A DNA stretch of 63,787 bases, filler included, from Octopus bimaculoides (GCF_001194135.2; 4 parts of 2 records of this genome joined end to end with filler, not necessarily neighbours in it); one strand, 5' to 3'. Shown: positions 12,803 through 25,630, counted from the first letter of the whole stretch. The notes: generated by a model not told the origin, from the sequence alone. A program made the numbers and translations.

Positions 12803-13870
12803 GCTGCCTGATGGCTGCCTATGCTCCGACGCCTGTAGGGCAGCCGGATTACTTCAAACGTCTGTAGGTCTTCCTGGGAACGTCTCCAGCTTTAATGTTA
12901 GTAGAGAATTGGAACGCTATCTTAGATGGACGTTAGGATTGCGTGGGGCTATCAGATAGGAGAGCGGGGTGAAAAAGCCTGAAAAACCTGCTCAGACCTT
13001 TTCAACTGTGTGACAGGTAACGACAAGATTACCCGAATATGCATCGGGTCATCTAGATCAGTTTCGATAGAGTTTTCGGTTGGCCAGCGGATAAGGATTG
13101 CATAGGTTATCCACATTTTCACATGGTTACCTACACAGACCACAAATTCGTGATTTGTACGGTCGACCTAGACAGGTTTCGTAGACCGGGACCGGGTTAC
13201 TGGAAGCTGAACACTTTGTTACCGGCGTGCCGAGCTTGCAGAGACCGGATTAACAACAACTGGTGGTTTGCTCTTAAAATGGCAATAAGAGTAGAAGCCA
13301 GTAGGTTTAGTAAAGCTTTAGCGGTAGAAAGAAATAGAATACAGAGGAATTTAGTTAGAAAGTTAGATGAGGCACGTAAGAATGGTATCACAACCAACGT
13401 GTTAGCAGCGAGGTTGGCCCTCGACCAATTTTTCGACGCCAAAACGAGAAGGCTGTGCTGAGGCACGTGTGAGAGCTAAGGCACGTTGACTAAGCGGCCA
13501 AGGAACGAAAGCCGTTCGATGGGCCTGAATGGAGGAGACAAAACGTGGAAACAAAGCCACCATTCGGTTTTTGGTGGAGCAGAGCGGGCACGAGATATCT
13601 GAACTGAAGCAGATGTGTGCAGCCTTTCAGCAGCAATTTGCTCGACTGTTTGAGATGTGTAGTAGGACGGATAACAGGGCAGGTTTTGGTGTCTACCTGG
13701 ATGGTCTACTGCTTCTATCGACCAGCGAGGCGGAGTGCTGCGAAAGACCAATAATAGTCGCGGAAATACAGGAGGCGATGAAGAGCTGCGTGAGAGGTAG
13801 ATCACCGGGTCTGTCCCATGACCTTATTTCTATGCCAGACTTGTTGCAGGCCTTTTTGACGTCTATCGCA
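12803..13870 (+). mobile_element. Decayed L1/Tx1-like LINE ORF2 fragment (endonuclease and linker)
   Basis: YAP, WNAILD, PGYWKLNTLL and IQEAMKSCVRGRSPGL motifs with stops and frameshifts. Confidence 0.75.
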
Positions 13871-13935
13871 ACTGACAACAGAATGGGAGAATTACCACTT
13901 TTGTTTGCGAGAGACGGTGGCAATGCTGAGAATAA

Positions 13936-13970
<35 letters not shown>

Positions 13971-13980
13971 TATTATTATG

Positions 13981-14562
13981 TTGTTTTTTTTCTTCTTTCT
14001 TCAAATTTTCTTTCATTTCTCGCCGAGTGTTTTCCGTACACCTAGGGCAGAGAAACTCATTGTATGCATTCCCAGTTTACACNNNNNNNNNNCATTTCTC
14101 GCCGAGTGTTTTCCGTACACCTAGGGCAGAGAAACTCATTGTATGCATTCCCAGTTTACACACGCAAATTCACAGGTAAAATATGTATTTAAAAAAAAAT
14201 TAATAAATTTAAAAAATTCATGAATGGATGTTGTTTTCACAGCGATAATGGTTTTCTCAGTACATGAGTCGTTCCAGTTAACACGATCTTTTGCACTTCC
14301 TGTAGGGATGGTAAGCCTGGTATCATTTTCAAATAGGTTTCGGTACCTCTTTTTTTTTTTTATCATTCCTGGAGATCCTACAATCACTGGTTCGGTAGTC
14401 GCCTTGAGGTGCCACATTTTTTCAATTTCTATTAGTAAGTCTTTATATTTACTGATCTTGTCAAATTCTTTCGCTGCTATAATGATCACAGGGAATACTC
14501 ATGTCAATTAATAAATACACCTTCTTTGTCTAATTTTATATTATAATATCCGATTTATTAGC

Positions 14563-14563
<1 letters not shown>
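13981..14563 (-). mobile_element. 5'-truncated R4/Dong-like RLE retrotransposon flanked by (TAA)n
   Basis: ANKSDIII...LLIDMSIPCD...AAKEFDKISKYKDLLIEIEKMWHLKATTEPVIVGS; (TAA)n/(TGA)n tail near 13936-13980 and (AAT)n at the 5' junction. Confidence 0.8.
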
Positions 14564-14625
<62 letters not shown>

Positions 14626-17600
14626 AATAAGTACCAATTGAGTACTGGGGTCGATGTAATCGACACATCCCTTCCCCCAAAATCTCAGGCCTTGTGCCTA
14701 TGGGACAAAGGATTATTATTGTTGTTGTTGTTGTTGCTGCTGTTAGATTTTGTTAGATTTTATTTACTATTTAGTTACTATTCCATCGCTGTTGCCGATT
14801 AATTCCTCATTCGTTGTGCAATTTCAGGGAGAGGTTTTGTTTCAATCTCTCCGGTTTACAGATAGGAGCAGAGGCAGTGTCGCTCTAACATCGTTTGTAT
14901 GCAAACAGCAGCGCGGCAATATGGCGGGACAACGCCCCTGATGTATATGACAAGAACGTGAAGGTGAGTGGAAGATGGAGGGGATAGAGAGGGGTGAGTT
15001 ACAAACTAAACTTGGAATGCACGAGGACCATTGTAAGCTTGTGTATTTATTCATATGTGTGCCTGTGTGTTTTGGGAAAGGAACAGGAGAAAGAAGAAGA
15101 ATTAGGAGGAGAGGAGGAGGAGAAGGGGAGGAAGAGGGACAAAGGGAAAAAGTGATAAACAAGGATACAGTAAAAATGTCTAAATATGTTAGTACGTGTG
15201 TATGAGAGGTAGAGAACGAACAACTGATGGACTGTTTGTATGCAAATATACATTCTGTATATACCAGTGAATATGTGTGTGTGTGTGCGTGTGGTCTGAG
15301 TGTGCGTGGTGTGTGTGTGTGTGTGTNNNNNNNNNNNNNNNNNNNNNNNNNNNNNNNNNNNNNNNNNNNNNNNNNNNNNNNNNNNNNNNNNNNNNNNNNN
15401 NNNNNNNNNNNNNNNNNNNNNNNNNNNNNNNNNNNNNNNNNNNNNNNNNNNNNNNNNNNNNNNNNNNNNNNNNNNNNNNNNNNNNNNNNNNNNNNNNNNN
15501 NNNNNNNNNNNNNNNNNNNNNNNNNNNNNNNNNNNNNNNNNNNNNNNNNNNNNNNNNNNNNNNNNNNNNNNNNNNNNNNNNNNNNNNNNNNNNNNNNNNN
15601 NNNNNNNNNNNNNNNNNNNNNNNNNNNNNNNNNNNNNNNNNNNNNNNNNNNNNNNNNNNNNNNNNNNNNNNNNNNNNNNNNNNNNNNNNNNNNNNNNNNN
15701 NNNNNNNNNNNNNNNNNNNNNNNNNNNNNNNNNNNNNNNNNNNNNNNNNNNNNNNNNNNNNNNNNNNNNNNNNNNNNNNNNNNNNNNNNNNNNNNNNNNN
15801 NNNNNNNNNNNNNNNNNNNNNNNNNNNNNNNNNNNNNNNNNNNNNNNNNNNNNNNNNNNNNNNNNNNNNNNNNNNNNNNNNNNNNNNNNNNNNNNNNNNN
15901 NNNNNNNNNNNNNNNNNNNNNNNNNNNNNNNNNNNNNNNNNNNNNNNNNNNNNNNNNNNNNNNNNNNNNNNNNNNNNNNNNNNNNNNNNNNNNNNNNNNN
16001 NNNNNNNNNNNNNNNNNNNNNNNNNNNNNNNNNNNNNNNNNNNNNNNNNNNNNNNNNNNNNNNNNNNNNNNNNNNNNNNNNNNNNNNNNNNNNNNNNNNN
16101 NNNNNNNNNNNNNNNNNNNNNNNNNNNNNNNNNNNNNNNNNNNNNNNNNNNNNNNNNNNNNNNNNNNNNNNGAGTGGGAAAGAAAGGTATAGAGGTGGCA
16201 AATGCTGGAGGTAATGCTGACATATATATTCCGCGCTATACCCTACATCTATAAATTCCATGTGCCAATATAAAGAATCGTCGTTATATAATGCTGTAAT
16301 TTGTATGTACTAGCTGTAACAGACGGAATCTTTTGAGCTGTCTTGATAACGTGATACAAGCCCGAAATCTTCGTTCTTAATCTGTCAGCTGTCACATTCA
16401 ACCCCATTGCATTGAGAAATTATTTGAGAGATGGTAGTAACATTTCTGGCATAGGTAATGAGTTATTGAGCCAAGACATAAAACCAACGATTTATGTGGA
16501 ATTGCAGCGGTGATCTAGGAGAAGCAGAAGAGAACGGACTAAATACCTTTCCGGTATTTAAGGATGTATCTTTACATTCTGAGTTCAATACCCATCGGAA
16601 TAAACGTTACCTTTCGTTCTTAAAATAAATACGGAACTTGTCTAATTCAGTATCCTGACAAACCTGTAATGGAACGAAAACCTTTTAGCACAAATCCGCT
16701 ACAAAACCGAGGAAAGCTTGTTTGCATATAATACTCTCAAGGTGAAAAGTAGATCAACCCTAGGGCAACCTAAAAAACAATATTTTGGCACAAAACCCTT
16801 TACGGCAAATCTCCTTTACTTAAAATAGTTTTCTTTAATGTGCAAATTAAAACTTTTTAACAAAAATTTCATTAAAGCTTTTTCCAAAATGTTTTCAAAT
16901 AAAATGGTGTCAATCATAGGATGAAAGCCAGACATTTAGGATAAGAGAACAGTAGAATATATCGTCTCCAGTACTTGACTTGTATTTTATTTTATTGATT
17001 GTTTTGGGGTGAAAGGCAAAGTTGGCATCTGTGAGATTTGAAGAAAGAAAGTTTAGAAGTCAAAAAATTGTCCCGGGCACTTTGTTCGACGCTCTGTAAC
17101 GAGTAGCATTTGTGCAATACTGTTTCACTTACACCAATGAAAGTAATGTGTTTCAGTGATTTTTTAGAATTGTAGTCCATCACCTCGTCACAATGTTCTC
17201 AATTGAAATGTTAACTCGATGTAAGCTTCGTTGTTAAACATGTATTATTAAACATGTATTATTAAACATGTATTATCAAACATGTATTATACTCTCTGAG
17301 TGACCCGAACACTCAGTCACTCTCCGAACATCATGAAGTTTATCAATAACAATAAAGGAAATTTTAAACTGCAATGCTATTTTTATAACGAGAAATGTTG
17401 AAACAATACATGGGGATATTCGTAACGGAATTTACTTTCAGGCAAAAATTGTGCTTTTACCGATTTGGTGGTGAAGCAAATCCTATATATGACTGATCCA
17501 GATCCAGTCAAGATCAAAGAACACTACAAATTTCCTATGACCCGTACTTATTGCTTCGGACACTATATGTCCACGACGATTTGTACTATTCTTTGGTATA

Positions 17601-17630
17601 TTTGACACTTTAAAGCGTTATGTCCAACAG

Positions 17631-17790
17631 CTAAATGAGCCTGGTCCAGAGCTCGAACATGTCTACAAACATTGGAGTATACAAACGATAAATGGAAAGC
17701 TACAGGAGGTCCAGAATCCCGGGATTTTCTCACTTATGTCAAGGGACCTGAATCGACACATGAGGAATTATAGCGTTCGCAACCAACCAG
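17631..17790 (+). CDS. Candidate exon of an unidentified gene (frame ambiguous)
   Basis: gtccaacAG then 53 open codons LNEPGPELEHVYKHW...RNQP, weak donor CAG|GTTGAT; an overlapping frame ends ...ESTHEEL*. Confidence 0.35.
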
Positions 17791-17933
17791 GTTGATGAAT
17801 TGCAAACATTTAGTTCGCAATAACTACAGTAGTGGGAATTTGCAACAGTTCCAAGTCTATTCTAGCAGGAATGCACGACCAGCAACAGCACCAGCACCAG
17901 CAGCCAAACCACCACCGCAACCACCACCATCAC

Positions 17934-17977
<44 letters not shown>

Positions 17978-18143
17978 GACTCAATGAGCTATTTCCTGTG
18001 AAATGTATACGTGCCAATATCTGCAAAACCACAATCGACCTATGACTTCACCTGGTTATCTTCTATGATGCGTGCTCATCTAAAATTCTGTCCAGACCCC
18101 ACTACTTATTTTGAACCAGCAATAATCGTTGCTATTTTTACAG

Positions 18144-18239
18144 TTCTGTGACCACATGTGTAATCGCGTGGCTCTGTCATTTGAGCCAAAAGACAAGGAG
18201 GAATCGCAAAGTTTACAACTGAGCAGCAGCGGTGATCAG
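18144..18239 (+). CDS. Candidate internal exon of an unidentified gene
   Basis: ctatttttacAG and CAG|GTAAGA; only phase 0 is open: FCDHMCNRVALSFEPKDKEESQSLQLSSSGDQ (96 nt); no family recognised. Confidence 0.45.
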
Positions 18240-18592
18240 GTAAGATCCCTATCGTGGAATGTTGGATGGACTGCTTATTCTGCCCATAGAAAGGTTTTTA
18301 CTAGACGAGATGTATACAATATTATATATGTGCTAACACAGTTTTTTAGTACGCTATCAACCAGAATCATGTAGATAACATGATTTTACGTCATGGATAT
18401 ATAGAAAGTCATGTTATTCCATATACCTGCGTTATTATGGGTTTATATTGCATAATATTTTTCTTTGTAGCAGCAGTCATAGTTTGTTCGAAACAACTGT
18501 AAAGAAAGGATTATTACATCATTCCTTTTGTTTATTTGTATTTCATGTAAATACATTCATTACGCCCACTTATGTTTATCTATTTTTCTGTG

Positions 18593-18664
<72 letters not shown>

Positions 18665-19124
18665 CCGACCTGTCTGTCTGTCTCTCTCTATATATATCAT
18701 CTCTTACTCTCTCTCTCTCTCCCTATCTAAATATCTATTTATCTCTCTATACACACACCACACTCATATATAAAGAGATACAGACATATATAAGCATACA
18801 CACACGCACACATGCACATATATACATACACACACATACGCANNNNNNNNNNNNNNNNNNNNNNNNNNNNNNNNNNNNNNNNNNNNNNNNNNNNNNNNNN
18901 NNNNNNNNNNNNNNNNNNNNNNNNNNNNNNNNNNNNNNNNNNNNNNNNNNNNNNNNNNNNNNNNNNNNNNNNNNNNNNNNNNNNNNNNNNNNNNNNNNNN
19001 NNNNNNNNNNNNNNNNNATATGTATTTAAATATACATGCTGCAACTGATGATGATGATGATGACGTTGGTGTTGATAAGGATGATGATAATTATGATGAT
19101 GCTTCAGTTAATATAACAGTGTAA

Positions 19125-19125
19125 T

Positions 19126-19176
<51 letters not shown>

Positions 19177-19345
19177 CACCACCACCATCACCTCTGCTAT
19201 TACTACTATGACTACTGTAGCTGCTGCCGCCGCTGCTGTTATTATTACTACTACTACGACATTTGCTATTGTTATTACTACTATTACTACTGCTGTTGCT
19301 GCCACCAGCACCACCACCACGACCACCACCACCACCACCACGACC

Positions 19346-19409
<64 letters not shown>

Positions 19410-19410
19410 T
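19125..19410. repeat. Compound (ACT)n/(ACC)n/(GCT)n microsatellite
   Basis: Direct reading. Confidence 0.9.
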
Positions 19411-20300
19411 TGTTTTCGTCGAAACCGCTTCTGTTATTGTTACCGTCGTTGTTATTATTGTTATTAGTTTTGATGCTGTTGTCGCCGCTATTGTTGTTTA
19501 TGAAACTTTACTGAATTTAATGGTTTCTAGTCTAGTGACGTCATCACAGTTCAATGAACATCGGTTGACAGCCAATGATAGATGACCCATCTCACAGGAA
19601 CATATTCTGGTTTCGGCGACAATATGTCGCCACCTCGGGGACACCCCACTGACCTGAACATGCGCACAAACATACACACGATGCGCAAACACACACACAC
19701 ACACATAGTGACAAAGACACACATTTATATTCATAAATATACATACACAAAAAATCCATAATAAGCACGCATAAAAAATTAACTCCTTAGTACACACACA
19801 ATGTTTCCCCAAAAGATCACCGTGACCTTAATCCTGATCAACACAGTAACACCATTGTTGTTGCTAGCACAAAGGATTAATGGATAAAGTTACTAGGAGT
19901 CGTGTTGGCAATGGTTATGGTGAAACTTTACCATAACCGTGACTATTGCTCAACCATAGTTCTAGAACCTCACTTTAACACTAACCGCCTTTTACGATCA
20001 TTTTGGCGATCAACTGTATTATTATAAACTGTACGAACTAGCATTTGAGCCTCTCTGAGGTGTTCCAACTTGCCAAACATCTCCAAAATCAAATGTCTAT
20101 AGTATCAAAATCTTCTCCGAAACATATAGGAGGCTGTAGTCCTGTCGGTCTTTCCCGTCGTAAATGACCGATGAAGGTTCCGCAATTTCTTGCTGAATAA
20201 CCTGGGCAAATGATTTGCTCATCGTGATCAAGTGTTTGCACTACACATTAACTCACTCCCTGCATGAAATCAACATTGCTTATACAAGTGCACCTATATA

Positions 20301-21590
20301 TTAGGTCATCCCATAAATAATGCGGCCTTTTAAATACTTCTTTTATTTTTCAGAATTAAGGTAAAGTTCTTTTTTAATCTAAAATGTAATCTTCATTTTC
20401 TACAATGCTCTTCCATCCATCTGGTGGACTTGCAAGGCCCCTCTTCCAAAATTCACTTGTCTGTGACGATAAATACTCCTCCAGTACTGTTCTGACATCA
20501 TCTACAGAATTCATATTTTTTCCGTCCAAATAATTTTGAAAACTGCGGAATAAATGATAATCAGAGGGGGTAATATCCGGCGAATATGGTGGATGGGGCA
20601 TCGTTTCCCATTCAAACTGCTCCAGCATTTGGAATGCCATTTTCGCTGTATTTAGCTGAGCATTATTCTGATAGAAGAACACCTTTCGTCTTGAAACCAA
20701 AGATGGCCGTTTTTCTTCTAGCGCTGACTTAGCTGCTCAAGCTGCTCGCAGTAGATCTCCTTTGTTATCGTTTGGTCTGGGTCTAAAAGTTCAAAGTGGA
20801 CTAAACCTTTTATATCCCACCAAAGAGATAATAACACCTTACGTAGGTGAAGACCTTCTTTAGCCTGGGGTGCCGGTGTTTCTCTTTTCCCTACGCACTG
20901 TCTTCGGCGCTTGACATTTTTATAGAGAACCCATTTATCGTCACCAGTCACTATTCGGTCGAAAAAAACAGAAAAAGGTTCATTTGTGAAACGTGACAGC
21001 AAAGAAAAGCATACACTCACTCTCTGCGCGTGATTAGACTCGGAAAGTTTGTGAGGAAGCCATTGACCCAATTTGTTGACTTTTCCGATGGCACGCAGGT
21101 GCCGATGCATGGTTCAATAACCAAATCCTAGCTTCCCTGCTAGTTACTCAACAGTTACGATGGGATTTTTTCCCACCAGGGTTTGCAGCACATTCTCGTC
21201 GGGCTCTACAGATCTTCCAGGATCAGGCCCGTCTTCTAGGCTGTAGTTTCCGGTTCGGAATTTCTGGAACCACCGTTGACACTGGCTTATATTTATTGTC
21301 CAATCCTTGTATACTGCATTAATATTCCTCACACTTACCTTGCGTTGTTGCCTTTATTGAACTCATAAAGAAAAATATGTCGAATATGCGCCTTTGTCAC
21401 TTGCATTGTAGCTTTGAAAAAAATAGCTGTTATAACCGAACTGCACTCTTCCAAACTTGCACTAAGAATCAGGACAAGGGAAAATTACTACCTGTTTTTA
21501 TAGCGAGTTGATGCAGGTAGGTTATCCCGTCGCTCTCTGACTTTTAGTTCATGCAATTGAATAAACTGCATTATTTATGGAATGACCCAA
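20301..21590 (-). mobile_element. Full-length (1290 bp) decayed mariner (DD34D)
   Basis: 25-bp TIRs ttaggtcatcccataaataatgcgg / ctgcattatttatggaatgacccaa (3 mismatches), TA TSD; DRIVTGDDKWVLY, LWWDIKG, HPPYSPDITPSDYHLF. Confidence 0.95.
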
Positions 21591-21799
21591 TAGGTAACAG
21601 CGATTTGATGGAGAACGTTATAACTAAGTGTGCACGCGCAACGGAGTCCAGGTCAATCAGTATCCAGCAACTTCACTCTATGTACTTTAGCTCCGTTACC
21701 AATACATCAGTCCTGATATATATTTTAATCCGATCTAGTACAGTGGATATTTTAAAATAGTTCTCTAAAGAACTTACATCAATGAATTCACTGTAAATA

Positions 21800-21862
21800 C
21801 AGGGTGTCCGAGAATTAACTATCTATAGTTAATTTATTGATAGTTAATTCCGGGACAATCTG
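21800..21862. mobile_element. 63-bp Tc1-type MITE (almost TIRs only)
   Basis: TA-cagggtgtccgagaattaactatc ... gatagttaattccgggacaatctg-TA. Confidence 0.7.
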
Positions 21863-22527
21863 TATAATCTGCGTCAGATGTTGGGTGATGTATTCTAAGT
21901 TCAGTCGTATTTCTTTTTGTCTACTCTTGCTAATCATTTTAGGAACAAGTCGAAAATAATGTAAGAAGAGCTTATTACGAAAGCAATCATAACATACAGC
22001 GAAATATGAAATTTCGAAAGCAGTATAGATCTCCGTTAACTCATTCTTGTTTTTTAGCTTTATTTTATGTATTAATGTACTACAACTATAATATTTCTTT
22101 AACTCATTTTCTTTCATGTTTACGCGCGTTCTACTCGTTGTACTTCACTAACTCTTTGGTATTTATAACACTCTCTTTGGTAATATTTAAAAATAGTCTT
22201 TCTCATTTGAAGGTTGCTTTGGAACATTTAAAAAAAGATCCAACTTGCACATCACTTCGGGTATCAGATTAACTGTAGTAGAGTTCCTTCTTATTGTTAT
22301 CTGCAGTGTGCGATTTGAAGCTGTCCTTATACACAAAATCACGATTTTCAGTCTATAGTATTTGGACGGGACGCCTTTCTGTTTTGCTACATTAGCTATA
22401 GGTGTGAGCGTCGGGCAGAAAATTAACGGAGAGAGTGTAGTCTTAAAATACTGGTCTTCTAGTGCGGAAGGGAAAAATTCTTTTCTTTCTCTCTTGTAAT
22501 TATAATAGTAACAACAACAACAACTAC

Positions 22528-22647
<120 letters not shown>

Positions 22648-22649
22648 GT

Positions 22650-23109
22650 CGTGGTATAAAAGATGAGCTACAGCAAATATTCTGCTCAATACCACAGATT
22701 GGTTTGTCAGTTGTTTGATCTTAACCAGTTGAGCATGTCCCTTGGTGGCATCTCTGATCACGAGCAGAAGTAGTGGAGTAGCATCATAGCCATGTGTTGA
22801 GAGGAATTCTATGGGGTCTGAATAATTCACCTCTGGAAACATAAGCGTTTCGTTCAACATCCTTAAACAACCCTTATTCAGGGACCTTTTGAGCGGGGTG
22901 GGCTTCTCGACCTGAAGAAAATCCTAACTGGGTCCCACCTGCAAGATTATGCGCTGTTTATCTTGATATGAGATCACCATGTCGCGCACATATGGCTGTG
23001 ATGCATGTGCCTGGTGTACCCTTATCAGTCGGGTAGTCATGATGGGTATATTGGGCTTTGTATATTTGACCCTAGTGTCACCTTGATGGCATGCACTGCT
23101 TTCTCACTC
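22650..23109 (+). mobile_element. Second copy of the unclassified repeat, ending in (AAT)n
   Basis: Collinear with 10845-11312. Confidence 0.7.
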
Positions 23110-23172
<63 letters not shown>

Positions 23173-23183
23173 CCTTTCTACTA

Positions 23184-23577
23184 TAGACACAAGGCCTGAA
23201 ATTTGGGGGAGGGGATAGTCGATTACATCGACCTCAGTACTCACTGATACCTAATTTATCGACCCCGAAAGGATAAAAAGCAAAGTCGACCTTAACGGTA
23301 TTTAAACTCAGAGCGTAGCAACGGGCGATTTTGCTTGCCGGATGCCTTAATAATAATATTAATTATAGTAATACTTTCTATTATAGGCACAAGGCCGGAA
23401 GTTTTGTGAGAGGACACTAATCGATTACATCGACTCCAGTGTTTCACTTGTTATTAATTTATCGACTTCGAAAGGAAAAAAAGGCAAAGCTGACCCGGTG
23501 GAATTTGAATTCACAACGTAAAGAAATGCCTCTAAGCATTTTGCCCGGTGCGCTAACGATTCTGTCAGCTCGCCGCG
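23184..23577 (-). mobile_element. Two tandem group M SINEs
   Basis: Copies at about 23184-23345 and 23385-23577. Confidence 0.85.
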
Positions 23578-23661
23578 TCAAATGTTAAGTCGCCCTCAGC
23601 GGAATTTGACGAAAAACCGTTAATTATTTTTCATGATTTGCTAACGATTCTGCTAGCTCAC

Positions 23662-23724
<63 letters not shown>

Positions 23725-23725
23725 C
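23662..23725. repeat. (GAT)n microsatellite
   Basis: Direct reading. Confidence 0.95.
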
Positions 23726-24123
23726 GATGACGACGGTGATTATAAGTTGCTTTATTCTTTATTTGTTTTGCTTGTTTTTTAAGCTGTCAAATCAGAAAAA
23801 AATGGACGAGCGTTCGTTAATTCGATTAAAACAATTTATGCCATTTTTCACTTCACTTTAAGATATAATAGTAACTGCTGACCCTGTCTACTAAGCAAGC
23901 TATAAATAAAAACTGCCGACATGTAGTGTTCAGTTGTAATGAATTTCATTGTTTAACCACTTGTCCTTTCATATACCTTATCTTGCGTTGTTTTGCAGTG
24001 TTTTGAAACCTCTCCTTTAAAGTTACTTACATGAATATACGCTAGATCAGTTAATCTGTCTTTTAATTCCCATATCATATGAAAGGTTTATGTATTCCTT
24101 ATATATATATATATATATATATA

Positions 24124-24223
24124 NNNNNNNNNNNNNNNNNNNNNNNNNNNNNNNNNNNNNNNNNNNNTTAATTAATTAANNNNNNNNNNNNNNNNNNNNN
24201 NNNNNNNNNNNNNNNNNNNNNNN
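24124..24223. other. Artificial assembly spacer
   Basis: Same 44+12+44 structure. Confidence 0.95.
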
Positions 24224-24839
24224 ATATTTATATATATATCCGAAAATGTCATACAGACACATATATTTATATGTGTATATCTGTGTGTATTTATTTTGTT
24301 GTATTTTAGACATCCCCCTTGCACTCACACATATATAAGCACACAGACGCCCCCCTCCATCCAATGATTTAATATTTCATGCAGGTCACTTGTAGTTTAC
24401 ATATAATTGTAGCTTTGTGAAAGTTTAACCCCCAGATCAGCCCTGATTTGGTAGACATGTGAACAAACACATTTGAACCTTAACCACTAATTCTTGCATT
24501 TGTTCTCAATACGTCTTTTGTCATGGCTATTGTTATTGGCGTAATAACCGTCCAAAAACACATCGAGATTTGTTTCAACACATGAATTTACCTTGAGAAT
24601 TGAGCCGGCTCCGACCAGCGAGTTCACGACGTTATTCACGAATGCTGACAACATCTGACGAAAACCCAGCTTACAAATTTGTCAAATGCCTTACTGGTAG
24701 AGCAAGCACGTCGGATAGCGCGGACGGCTTAGCCATAGTGGTCATTCGCTGTTGAGGAGTAGAGCTTATGTCCAGAGTTTTAGTGAGAATACAAGTTCAC
24801 ATGTGGACCCCGGTCACATGCACTACCAACTAGCAATTT

Positions 24840-25000
24840 TGAGGGGAGGAGATAAGTCGATGCCATCGATCTATCGATCTCCGAAAGGAGGAGAGGCAAA
24901 GTTGACCTCGACCGTATCTGAACTCAGACGGTAAATAGGCGGAACAAATACCGCAAAACATTTGTATCGGTGCTCTACTGATTCAGTCAATTCATTTAGC
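24840..25000 (-). mobile_element. Group M SINE, degenerate
   Basis: ccgaaagga...aggcaaagttgacctcg...tgaactcagac. Confidence 0.7.
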
Positions 25001-25001
25001 A

Positions 25002-25255
25002 CAGTGGTCCTCAACCAAAGTCCAAATGGCCCTTTGGGGTCCATGTAAGATCTTGTTGAAGTTTATGAGCAATAATCTGGTTATACTACTTCTACAGTAC
25101 ACAAAACGTTTCAACAATTTTTTTAATTCAATTCCTAATAAAATTTAATTTTAAAAATAGAATTTTTTGAAACATCGAATGGATGGTAACAAGGATCAAT
25201 CCAAGGAAAATAGGAATCAAAGGAGTCCATAGGTAAAAATGGTTGGGAAGCACTG
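25002..25255. mobile_element. hAT-type MITE
   Basis: CAGTGGTCCTCAACC / GGTTGGGAAGCACTG; 8-bp flanks atttagca / atcaagca. Confidence 0.75.
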
Positions 25256-25437
25256 ATCAAGCAAGTCAAACTGTGAAGAAAATAGGTTAGTCAACTTAAG
25301 GACAAAGTCGTTCTCGTTGGCATTCGAACACAGAATGTAAATGGATGTAAACAAATATACAGTGTTGGATATTGTGTGCGACGTTCTACCACATCTGCCA
25401 AGGACTGCCACCAGATTCATTAAATATTGATTTTAAA

Positions 25438-25630
25438 TGTTGGCACAAGACCAACATGTTCGGTGAAGGGAATAAGCCGATTACATTGACCCAGTATTTA
25501 ATTGATATTTATTTTATTGATCCCTAAGAGATGTAAAGCAAAGGCGACTCCGTCAGAATTTGAACTCGGAACGTTAAGATGCACGAAATGCTGCTCAGTG
25601 TGCTAAATAGTTTGCCTGCTTGCTGCCCTT
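25438..25630 (-). mobile_element. Group M SINE, degenerate
   Basis: ttggcacaag...cagaatttgaactcggaacgttaag. Confidence 0.7.

Noticed and set aside
14014-14161. 69-bp perfect tandem duplication around a 10-N gap
   Set aside because: Typical unmerged overlap of two contig ends.
14889-14963. ANSSAAIWRDNAPDVYDKNVK resembles the C-terminal helix of ubiquitin-conjugating enzymes
   Set aside because: Only about 20 residues match and no UBC catalytic exon (HPN...C) is visible; kept only as an orphan exon candidate.
19108-19585. Poly-Thr, poly-Val and poly-Pro ORFs resembling mucins
   Set aside because: Translations of trinucleotide microsatellites with no splice or start context.
21778-21790. 13-nt minus-strand microexon with perfect tttacAG / GTAAGT signals
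   Set aside because: The acceptor tract is supplied by the adjacent MITE end, the length shifts the frame, and there are no partner exons.
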